Shown: piece after piece, positions 17,305-24,356 of the stretch
Position numbering within the stretch: position 1 is the first letter of the stretch
Layout of the letters: every line of letters starts with the position of its first letter
Assembly: GCA_038329645.1 (NCBI GenBank)
Contig: JBBQNG010000001.1
Span: forward strand, 5,933 to 69,932
Length of the DNA: 64,000 nt
Reading direction: 5' to 3'
Source: Burkholderiales bacterium
GTDB taxonomy: Bacteria > Pseudomonadota > Gammaproteobacteria > Burkholderiales > SG8-39
The notes under the pieces: generated by a model
Told to the model about the DNA's origin: nothing
The model's database searches: none
The model's input: only the letters and a program-made list of their open reading frames with translations
Translations under genes and position numbers: made by a program

Positions 17305-17928
17305 TCAGGAATCTTGCTGCGGCGTATGCCGTGCGATGCGCTGGTCGAGCCGCGCCAGGTCGTCGCGCAGCTTTGCCACCGCCGCCGCGAAGTCGTCGAA
17401 TTCGGCGCGCGCGATGATCATCCTGCGCTCCTCGATCGCGTACTCCATGAGGTTTTCCGCCAGGCGGCGGCCCGCCTCCGCCTGCCACGCAGCAATGCCG
17501 CGCGCGGTGCCGACCACTCGGTGGGCGAGCACGTCGCCTAAGACGCGGGAAAGATCTTCCTCCACATCCCAGCGAAGGTAACGCAACAGGGCGAGGATTT
17601 CGGTCGCGAGGCGCGCGTTGCCCGAGATGTCGACGGCACGCATGAGGTGCTCCTCATCTTTCGACATCGCGGCGAGGATCCCGGGCCTGGCCGTGATGGT
17701 CAGCGTCGGAGGGGCGCCGGCTTCGGCCGGCAACGCCTGCCCGCCTTCTGCGATTGCGAGCCGCAGGGGGGGGAAGGGCGCCATGTGGAGCTCGACCACC
17801 TCGCCCGCGAAGGGCGCGAGCTTGTCCCGCGCCCACGCCTCGCGGCGAAGAAGATGGTTCAGCGCACTGGCTGCGCCTGTGTCGAAGAGGCTCAAGGCAT
17901 GAATCGGTCGCGGAAATGACAAGGCCAC
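17305..17928 (-). CDS. ubiJ: ubiquinone biosynthesis accessory factor UbiJ (SCP2 domain)
   Basis: 207 aa positioned between the Tim44-like gene and ubiB. It has an SCP2-like N-terminal half and a conserved C-terminal helix region. The GTG start at 17928 lies inside a hairpin arm. Confidence 0.75.
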   Translation of the reverse strand: MALSFPRPIHALSLFDTGAASALNHLLRREAWARDKLAPFAGEVVELHMAPFPPLRLAIAEGGQALPAEAGAPPTLTITARPGILAAMSKDEEHLMRAVDISGNARLATEILALLRYLRWDVEEDLSRVLGDVLAHRVVGTARGIAAWQAEAGRRLAENLMEYAIEERRMIIARAEFDDFAAAVAKLRDDLARLDQRIARHTPQQDS

Positions 17929-17942
17929 CTTGCGGTGGCCTT
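17921..17942 (-). promoter_or_regulatory. perfect 9-bp stem with GCAA (GNRA) loop enclosing the ubiJ start codon
   Basis: The minus-strand RNA reads AAGGCCACC-GCAA-GGUGGCCUU. GUG (17928-17926) is in the 3' arm and AAGG (SD-like) is in the 5' arm. Confidence 0.5.
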
Positions 17943-17964
17943 GGGGATTATCGCAGAGGACGCT

Positions 17965-18837
17965 TCAGTGCATCTGCTGGATGCCGGCGAGCAGCCATCC
18001 GGTCGAGCCGTCCGCGGGCTTGGTGAGGTTCCAGACTTCCTCGAAGGGCGCGGGGGCCTGGCCGGGCATTTCGCGCACCAGGCCAGAGAACCGTACGCTC
18101 GCCCAATGCTTGTCGCCCTCGGTCACCACCTCGAGCAGGTCGGAATTGAGGGTGACGACATCCGTGAACTGGCGTGCACCGCCGCGCGCGTCAATGTCGG
18201 CCTTGAGCGGCCCGAACATTTCGGGCGTGGTGAATTCGCGCAGGTCGGCGAGGTTGCCCGTGTCATTGGCGGTTTGCATGCGGATGTACGAAAGCTTCGC
18301 CTGGCGCAGGAACCCTTCGGCATCGAAGCCGGCGGGAATGTTGGCTGCGCGGAGGGCGGGCTGGGCTTCGAACCCGGCCGCCTGCGAAGGCGGCGGCGCC
18401 GCAACCGTTTCGTTGCCGAGGCCTGAATATTGCATCGGCCCGCCGGCAGGCGCGGCTTGCGGACTCGCGCGTCCGCGCATCAGCAGCCGGATGACGAAGA
18501 AGACCGCGAACGCGACCAGCGCCATCATGAGCATGCTGCCGATCGCGCCGCCGAACCCACCGCCGCCGAACATGGAGCCGAGCAGTCCGCCGATCGCAAG
18601 GCCGCCCAGCATCGGGGCCCAACGGCTCAGCGCGGATTGCGGCTGGGGTGCCGCTGCAGGCGGTGTGGCAGGTGCGGCCTGCTGCGCCTGGCGCGGCGGC
18701 GTCGCATTCGGGGTACTAGTTATGTTGCGCTGGGTGCCCACGCTGCGGCTGCCGCCGAGCTTCGCCGCATCGGCTTCGCCCACGGCAAGTCCCACGCCCA
18801 CCAATACTGCGATCAAACTTGCAAGAATCCGTTTCAT
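17965..18837 (-). CDS. Tim44-domain-containing membrane-associated protein
   Basis: 290 aa with a signal/anchor MKRILASLIAVLVGVGL, a G-rich linker, a TM segment, and a C-terminal domain (FLRQAKLSYIRMQ...WNLTKP.DGS.GWLLAGIQQ) typical of bacterial Tim44-like proteins in ubi clusters. Confidence 0.8.
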   Translation of the reverse strand: MKRILASLIAVLVGVGLAVGEADAAKLGGSRSVGTQRNITSTPNATPPRQAQQAAPATPPAAAPQPQSALSRWAPMLGGLAIGGLLGSMFGGGGFGGAIGSMLMMALVAFAVFFVIRLLMRGRASPQAAPAGGPMQYSGLGNETVAAPPPSQAAGFEAQPALRAANIPAGFDAEGFLRQAKLSYIRMQTANDTGNLADLREFTTPEMFGPLKADIDARGGARQFTDVVTLNSDLLEVVTEGDKHWASVRFSGLVREMPGQAPAPFEEVWNLTKPADGSTGWLLAGIQQMH

Positions 18838-18919
18838 CGTGTCCTCATCCTTGGGTACATGAGTGATTTCTGTTTCTTCTTATCCGTCCATCCTACTCTG
18901 TCCGGATGCACTTTTGTAG

Positions 18920-19654
18920 CTATACGCGGTAGCCGCGGTGCAAAGCCACCACCCCGGCTGCCAAGTTGAAATATTCGACCCGTTCCAGGCCGGCGCGTTC
19001 CATCAAAGCCTTCAATTCTGCCTGGTCCGGATGCATCCGGATCGATTCGGCCAGATAGCGGTAGGCGTTGCCGTCTTTCGCGATCCTTTCTCCCAGCCAA
19101 GGCAGGATCCTGAACGAATACAGGTCGTAGGCTTTTTCCAGGGGCTTCCAGATCTTGGAGAATTCGAGCACCAGCAGCCGGCCGCCGGGCTTAAGCACGC
19201 GGGTCATTTCGGCAAGCGCCTGTTCCTTGCGCGTCATGTTGCGCAGGCCGAAGGCGACACTGACGCAATCGAAATACCCGTCGGCAAACGGCAGTTTCTC
19301 GGCATCGCACTGGACTGCCGGGCAGACCACGCCGTCGTCGAGCAGCCTGTCCCGTCCGAGCGCGAGCATGCTGCCGTTGATGTCGGTGACCCAGACCTCT
19401 CCCTGCCGTCCCACACGTTTGGCAAACGCGCGCGACAAGTCGCCGCTGCCGGCCGCCACATCGAGCACGCAATCGCCCGCGTGCACGCCGGAAAGCGTGA
19501 CCGCGAAAGCCTTCCACAGGCGGTGCAGGCCCCCCGACATGAGGTCGTTCATGAGGTCGTAATTGCCTGCGACACGGTCAAAGACGTCGCGCACCCTGGC
19601 GGCCTTGGCCTCTTCGGGGACCTTCTCGAACCCGAAATGGGTGTCAGCGCTCAA
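18920..19654 (-). CDS. ubiE: ubiquinone/menaquinone C-methyltransferase UbiE
   Basis: [13 protein letters not shown]...[25 protein letters not shown]...[10 protein letters not shown]...FGLRNMT. The apparent TTG start at 19654 overlaps the DUF971 stop (TTGA). Confidence 0.93.
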   Translation of the reverse strand: MSADTHFGFEKVPEEAKAARVRDVFDRVAGNYDLMNDLMSGGLHRLWKAFAVTLSGVHAGDCVLDVAAGSGDLSRAFAKRVGRQGEVWVTDINGSMLALGRDRLLDDGVVCPAVQCDAEKLPFADGYFDCVSVAFGLRNMTRKEQALAEMTRVLKPGGRLLVLEFSKIWKPLEKAYDLYSFRILPWLGERIAKDGNAYRYLAESIRMHPDQAELKALMERAGLERVEYFNLAAGVVALHRGYRV

Positions 19655-20085
19655 GAGCCGTGACCTTTAGGCATTATATGCACATTACCGGATGTAAGTC
19701 CTTGCTCTTTATCCCTGCTGCCGCCTCCGGCGACGAGTTTGTCGAGATACTCCGCCCACAGCCGCTCCTGATCGGAGCCGAGCGAATAAAGGTAATCCCA
19801 CGAGTAAATGCCGGTCGCGTGGCCGTCGGAAAACGTGGGCTGAACCGCGTACGAGCCGACTGGCTCCAGCGAGACGATGCCGACCTCGCGCTTGCCGGTC
19901 TGGAGCACCTCCTGGCCGGGACCGTGCCCGCGCACCTCGGCCGAGGGCGAGAGCACGCGCAGGAACTCGTAGGGCAAGCTAAAGCTGCGCCCGTCAGAAA
20001 ACGCGATTTCCAGCACGCGCGACTTCTGGTGCAGCTTGATCTCGGTAGGCGTCGGCGTATCGCTCATAGGGGCGGGATCATACAT
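19651..20085 (-). CDS. DUF971 domain protein
   Basis: [43 protein letters not shown]...[22 protein letters not shown]. The start is uncertain (ATG 20085 or 20067). The ORF-track start at 20136 (TTG) would cover the Pho-box-like repeat. Confidence 0.75.
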   Translation of the reverse strand: MYDPAPMSDTPTPTEIKLHQKSRVLEIAFSDGRSFSLPYEFLRVLSPSAEVRGHGPGQEVLQTGKREVGIVSLEPVGSYAVQPTFSDGHATGIYSWDYLYSLGSDQERLWAEYLDKLVAGGGSRDKEQGLTSGNVHIMPKGHGS

Positions 20086-20114
20086 GGGCGCAGTTTCCCG
20101 CGATTGCAACAAAA

Positions 20115-20136
20115 CTGTCATGCAATCTTCATACAA
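20115..20136 (+). promoter_or_regulatory. Pho-box-like tandem 11-bp repeat upstream of phoB
   Basis: CTGTCATGCAA / TCTTCATACAA (7/11 identical to each other). The first unit matches the CTGTCAT core of the E. coli Pho box. It ends 35 nt before the phoB ATG. Confidence 0.35.
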
Positions 20137-20171
20137 TCAGCGGTGATGCAAACCCCTCAAGCAGGTGCCTC

Positions 20172-20870
20172 ATGGCCGTAAACATCCTCGTGGTCGAAGA
20201 CGAGCCGGCCATCCAGGAGCTCATCGCGGTGAACCTGGAGCATGCCGGGCACCATGTGATCAGGGCACGCGATGCCGAAGGCGCGGCCGCCATCGTCCGC
20301 AATGCCTTGCCGGACCTGATGCTCATCGACTGGATGCTGCCGGGAATGTCCGGCGTCGCGCTCGCCAAGCAGATGCGGCTGGACGAGCGCACGCGCGGCA
20401 TCCCGATCATCCTGCTCACTGCACGCTCCGACGAGCAGGACAAGGTCACCGGCCTCGAGGCCGGGGCGGACGACTACGTGACCAAGCCGTTTTCGCCGCG
20501 CGAGCTGATGGCACGCATCAAGGCCGTGCTGCGCCGGCGCGCGCCGCAGATGACCGACGACCCCGTCGAGATCCGCGGCTTGCGGCTGGATCCCTCCACG
20601 CGCCGGGTCTTCGGCAACCAGGCGCCGCTGGCCCTGGGGCCGACCGAGTTCCGCCTGCTCCACTTCCTCATGACGCATGCCGAGCGGGTCCATTCGCGCG
20701 CGCAGTTGCTCGACCAGGTCTGGGGCGACCACGTGTTCGTCGAGGAGCGCACCGTCGATGTCCATATCCGGCGCCTGAGGAAATCGCTCGAGCCCAGCGG
20801 CCATGATCGTTACGTGGAAACCGTGCGCGGCTCGGGCTACCGGTTCACGGCGGAGCCTGTGGAAATATAG
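20172..20870 (+). CDS. phoB: phosphate regulon response regulator PhoB
   Basis: 232 aa with a receiver domain ILVVEDEPAIQEL...DLMLIDWMLPGMSG...LTAR and a winged-helix domain LTPTEFRLLHFLM...RTVDVHIRRLRKSLE...VRGSGYRF. Confidence 0.93.
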   Translation: MAVNILVVEDEPAIQELIAVNLEHAGHHVIRARDAEGAAAIVRNALPDLMLIDWMLPGMSGVALAKQMRLDERTRGIPIILLTARSDEQDKVTGLEAGADDYVTKPFSPRELMARIKAVLRRRAPQMTDDPVEIRGLRLDPSTRRVFGNQAPLALGPTEFRLLHFLMTHAERVHSRAQLLDQVWGDHVFVEERTVDVHIRRLRKSLEPSGHDRYVETVRGSGYRFTAEPVEI

Positions 20871-20872
20871 GA

Positions 20873-20898
20873 ACGTGGGAACCTGACGGTTCCCACGT
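20873..20898 (+). promoter_or_regulatory. perfect 11-bp stem-loop in the phoB-phoR spacer
   Basis: ACGTGGGAACC-TGAC-GGTTCCCACGT starts 3 nt after the phoB TAG, with no U-tail. A second weaker hairpin is CCGTCC(20930-35)...GGACGG(20944-49). Confidence 0.5.
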
Positions 20899-20965
20899 GC
20901 CCCCTCCCTAACAGCCCGCTGTAATATGTCCGTCCGAAATTGGGGACGGTCCACTTGATGCGGAG

Positions 20966-22294
20966 GTGCCTGGATTGAATACCGCATGGGCCGGGTTCTG
21001 GAGCACGACGGCGGCCCTGGTCCTGGCCGCCTTGGTCGTGTGGCCACTTGCGGATGCGCAGTGGGCGCTTGCGTTGCTGGCTGCCGGATTTGCGGCTCTC
21101 GGCGCGTACCACGTGCGCAATTTGGCCGCTTTCCTGAGCTGGCTGAAAATTCCCCGGCGCGAATCCCTGCCGGTCGGCAAGGGCGCGTGGGAGCAGGCTT
21201 TCACCGGCTTGCACCAGCATTTCAGGGCGCGTGACGAGTCCGAGCGGGCCGTCGCGGTTGCGCTCGCGCGTTTTCGCGCGGCGGGCCAGGCCCTGCCCGA
21301 CGGCGTCGTAATCCTCAACAACCAGAGCGAGATCGAGTGGGCCAACCCGACGGCCGAGCGTCACCTCGACATCGGCACGCAAAGGGATGCAGGCCAGGCG
21401 ATCACCAACCTGCTGCGCAATCCGGATTTCGTCGCCTACCTCGAAGCGGGCAATTTCGGCGAACCGCTGGTCCTGCGCCGCGCGCGCGGCGATGCGTCCG
21501 TACTGACGTTGCACGTGATCGAGTTCGGCGACGACCAGAAGCTGCTCCTCACGCGCGACATTACCGCGCAGGAAAAATCCGACACCATGCGCCGCGACTT
21601 TGTGGCCAACGTTTCGCACGAGCTGAAAACCCCGGTCACGGTGCTGTCCGGATTCGTGGAGACGCTTTCGAACGACGAGATCCCGCTGTCGGACGCGCAG
21701 CGCAGGAAGTTCCTCGGGCTCATGTCCGACCAGGCCCACCGCATGGAGAGCCTCATCGAGGACCTGCTCACACTTTCTGCACTGGAATCCTCGACCCTGC
21801 CCACGGACGAGCGGTCGATCGACATCCGTGCGTTTGTCGAAAATCTGGCCGAGGAGGCGCGCATCCTTTCAGGCGGGCGGCACAAGGTGGCTTTCTCGGT
21901 CGAGGCGGACTCGCGCCTGACCGGCGGGGTGCAGGAGCTTGCCAGCGCGTTCTCGAACCTCGTCTCGAATGCGGTGCGCTATACGGCCGAAGGCGGGACG
22001 ATCCGGCTCACCTGGCGGCTGCGCGACGGGCAGGGCGTCTTCAGTGTTGAAGACTCCGGCATCGGGATTGAGCGGCGCCATATCGCCCGGCTCACCGAGC
22101 GGTTCTACCGGGTGGACAACAGCCGCTCGCGCGAGACCGGCGGGACGGGCCTGGGCCTGGCGATCGTCAAGCATGTATTGACCCGCCACCAGGCAGGGCT
22201 GGAGATCCGCAGCGAGTTCGGCCGGGGCTCGATCTTCAGCGCGGTTTTCCCCGCGCACCGCGTGGAGAAAGCCGGCGCCGCCCGGGCAGCCTAG
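20966..22294 (+). CDS. phoR: phosphate regulon sensor histidine kinase PhoR
   Basis: It has two N-terminal TM segments, a PAS-like region, an H-box FVANVSHELKTPVTVL, an N-box SNAVRYT, and G-boxes DSGIGI / GGTGLGLAIVKH. The start is uncertain (GTG 20966 or TTG 20975). Confidence 0.9.
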   Translation: MPGLNTAWAGFWSTTAALVLAALVVWPLADAQWALALLAAGFAALGAYHVRNLAAFLSWLKIPRRESLPVGKGAWEQAFTGLHQHFRARDESERAVAVALARFRAAGQALPDGVVILNNQSEIEWANPTAERHLDIGTQRDAGQAITNLLRNPDFVAYLEAGNFGEPLVLRRARGDASVLTLHVIEFGDDQKLLLTRDITAQEKSDTMRRDFVANVSHELKTPVTVLSGFVETLSNDEIPLSDAQRRKFLGLMSDQAHRMESLIEDLLTLSALESSTLPTDERSIDIRAFVENLAEEARILSGGRHKVAFSVEADSRLTGGVQELASAFSNLVSNAVRYTAEGGTIRLTWRLRDGQGVFSVEDSGIGIERRHIARLTERFYRVDNSRSRETGGTGLGLAIVKHVLTRHQAGLEIRSEFGRGSIFSAVFPAHRVEKAGAARAA

Positions 22295-23919
22295 TCGGCA
22301 AGCACCTCGTAGGACATGCGCTCGAAATCCGGGCCGCGCTCGATCAGGTCGACGAGCCTTACGCGCAAAGCCTGCTGGACGAAGACCTCGATCACGCGCT
22401 TGGGCTTGTACCAGCCGGCAGGCAGGATCAGGGTCGGCGGCGATTTGAGCGCGGCGACTTCGGTGAGAGTCAGCGCAGCGATGTATTTTTCGTTCGCCGC
22501 ATTGAGGCCGTAGGGGCGGACTGCAATCGCCGCGGGAAGGCCCGGCAGCAGGCGCAGGCCCGCGTTGAGCGCACCGTCGGTCCCCTGCATCAGCCAGCGC
22601 GCCTGGGCGAGCATGAAATTCTTCGCGTCGCCGGGACGCACCGCGATCAACTGGCCGTGCGCGAAACGCTTGCCGGGACTGCCTGCCGGACGCACCATGC
22701 GCAGGCCGGACACGCTCTCGTCCTCGACCTGCCAGTGCTCGAGGAGAAAGCCGTGCACCGCGCTGTAGTCGTCCTCGTCCTTGGTGCTGACGCGGCCGAA
22801 CGTTGCGATCTGGTCGCGCTCCTTCTGGGTCAACTCCTTCTGGCCGCCCGGCTGGCGAAAAACCTTGCCGGAGATGTAGTAGTGGACCGCGGCCATGTCG
22901 TTGCACACCATCGCCGCCTGCGAAACGGGCTTGCGCTCGGCGCGCGGCGGGCGTGGCTGGCACCACTGGCGGTAGAGGAAGATCAGCAGCTGCTCGCACG
23001 ACGGCTGCACGCAGTCCTCGCCGAGCGCGAGCTTGGCGGGCGACTCGCCCTTGCGCAGGAGGCCAATCCGGTTCTTGAGGCTCTTGGCCAGGCGGCTCAC
23101 ATCGAGAAAGCGCGGATCGTTGATTTCGTTGTCGCCCGAGCCGGTAAGCCTTTCCGGCGGCTTGTCGCCTGCCACATCGACCACGAGCGGGAGCATTCCC
23201 TCCTCGGCCAGCGGCTGGGCGGACACGTCGACCTTTTCGGCCCAGCGCTCGAGCAGGAACCCGACGAAAGACAGCTGCCGGCGGGCAAGCTCGTTGGGGT
23301 TGGCCATTCCCATGAGCAGCGCGCGCATGTATTGGATGCGCGGCGTGGCATCGTGGACGTCGCGGTTGAGGTAGTCCTTCACCTCCTCGTCGGCCACGCC
23401 GAGCGCCTCGGCGAATTTGTACGCGCGATGCAGCGCCTGCCAGTCGGACCCCGGCACCTCGCGATAAGCCCGGTAGTGGTGGAACATCTTCAGGCCGCCG
23501 TAGGCAAGCACCCTTTGCGCGAGCAGTGCCGCGTGGGTGCGCATGCCTGTCTCGTCCGCACCGCTCGCGGCCATGCAATGCAGATACCCCACGCGCATCT
23601 GTTCCCACAGCTCGGTCGTCCCGGCGAAGATGGCCGATTCGGTTTCCGCCATGGGCAGGGCGCGGTTGGTGAACCGCTTTGCCTGCTCGATCTGCACGAA
23701 GGCGACCGCCTCGCGCAGCGCTTCGAGCACCTGCAGGCGCATTGCCGCCTTGCAGGGAAACCGGTTGAACTCGGTCACCTGGGCGAGCAGCTGGCGTTGC
23801 GCTTCGGCGACGTTTGCCAGCGGCACATGCTCGAGCCAGGCCTTGCAGGCAAGCACGTCGCTGAATTCGGGCGCGGCTTCGGCGGAAATTTCCGGCAGTT
23901 CGAGTTCGGCGTCGGTCAT
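22291..23919 (-). CDS. conserved hypothetical protein (542 aa), possible C-terminal PilZ-like barrel
   Basis: ATG at 23919 (MTDAELELPEISAEAAPEF...). Composition is non-biased and protein-like. The C-terminal part FLLEHWQVEDESVSGLRMVR...GQLIAVRP contains a DxSxxG-like motif. I recognise no family with confidence. Confidence 0.7.
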   Translation of the reverse strand: MTDAELELPEISAEAAPEFSDVLACKAWLEHVPLANVAEAQRQLLAQVTEFNRFPCKAAMRLQVLEALREAVAFVQIEQAKRFTNRALPMAETESAIFAGTTELWEQMRVGYLHCMAASGADETGMRTHAALLAQRVLAYGGLKMFHHYRAYREVPGSDWQALHRAYKFAEALGVADEEVKDYLNRDVHDATPRIQYMRALLMGMANPNELARRQLSFVGFLLERWAEKVDVSAQPLAEEGMLPLVVDVAGDKPPERLTGSGDNEINDPRFLDVSRLAKSLKNRIGLLRKGESPAKLALGEDCVQPSCEQLLIFLYRQWCQPRPPRAERKPVSQAAMVCNDMAAVHYYISGKVFRQPGGQKELTQKERDQIATFGRVSTKDEDDYSAVHGFLLEHWQVEDESVSGLRMVRPAGSPGKRFAHGQLIAVRPGDAKNFMLAQARWLMQGTDGALNAGLRLLPGLPAAIAVRPYGLNAANEKYIAALTLTEVAALKSPPTLILPAGWYKPKRVIEVFVQQALRVRLVDLIERGPDFERMSYEVLAD

Positions 23920-23935
23920 CTTGTCGGGAACAGAT

Positions 23936-24343
23936 TCAGTTGAGCAGCTCGGCAAGCTTGGCTGCGATCGCGGCATCGCTCACCTCGGGCCGGCCGGCCG
24001 GCGCAGCACGGCGCGGCGGGCCCCAGGAAGGTTCGGGAAAATGCGGGTCGTCCGCGGCGCGCGGGATCACGTGCCAATGCAGATGGGGCACCTGGTTGCC
24101 GAAGCTGGCCAGGTTCATCTTGTCGGGCTGGAACAGGCCGCGCAGGGTGGATTCGGTGGCGAACACCGCCTGCATCAGGCGGGAGCGCTCGTCCACGGCG
24201 AGATCGGTCATCTCGCGCGCGTGGCGGTTAAGCACCACCCGGCACAGGCCCGGATAGTCGGCGCCCGGGATGCGCACGATCCGGCAGAAGTCGTCGCGCC
24301 AGAGCACGGTTCCGCCCTCCTCTTCGCACAGCAAGCAATGCAT
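23936..24343 (-). CDS. HIT (histidine triad) family protein
   Basis: 135 aa with the HLHWHVIPR histidine-triad motif and an N-terminal CxxC. Confidence 0.88.
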   Translation of the reverse strand: MHCLLCEEEGGTVLWRDDFCRIVRIPGADYPGLCRVVLNRHAREMTDLAVDERSRLMQAVFATESTLRGLFQPDKMNLASFGNQVPHLHWHVIPRAADDPHFPEPSWGPPRRAAPAGRPEVSDAAIAAKLAELLN

Positions 24344-24356
24344 CCCCCGGTTTCCT

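Noticed and set aside
21869-23608. 579-aa minus-strand ORF overlapping the phoR 3' end and the 542-aa gene in another frame
   Set aside because: The product is extremely R/G/A/P-rich. The alternative frame (22291-23919) gives a balanced, protein-like sequence.
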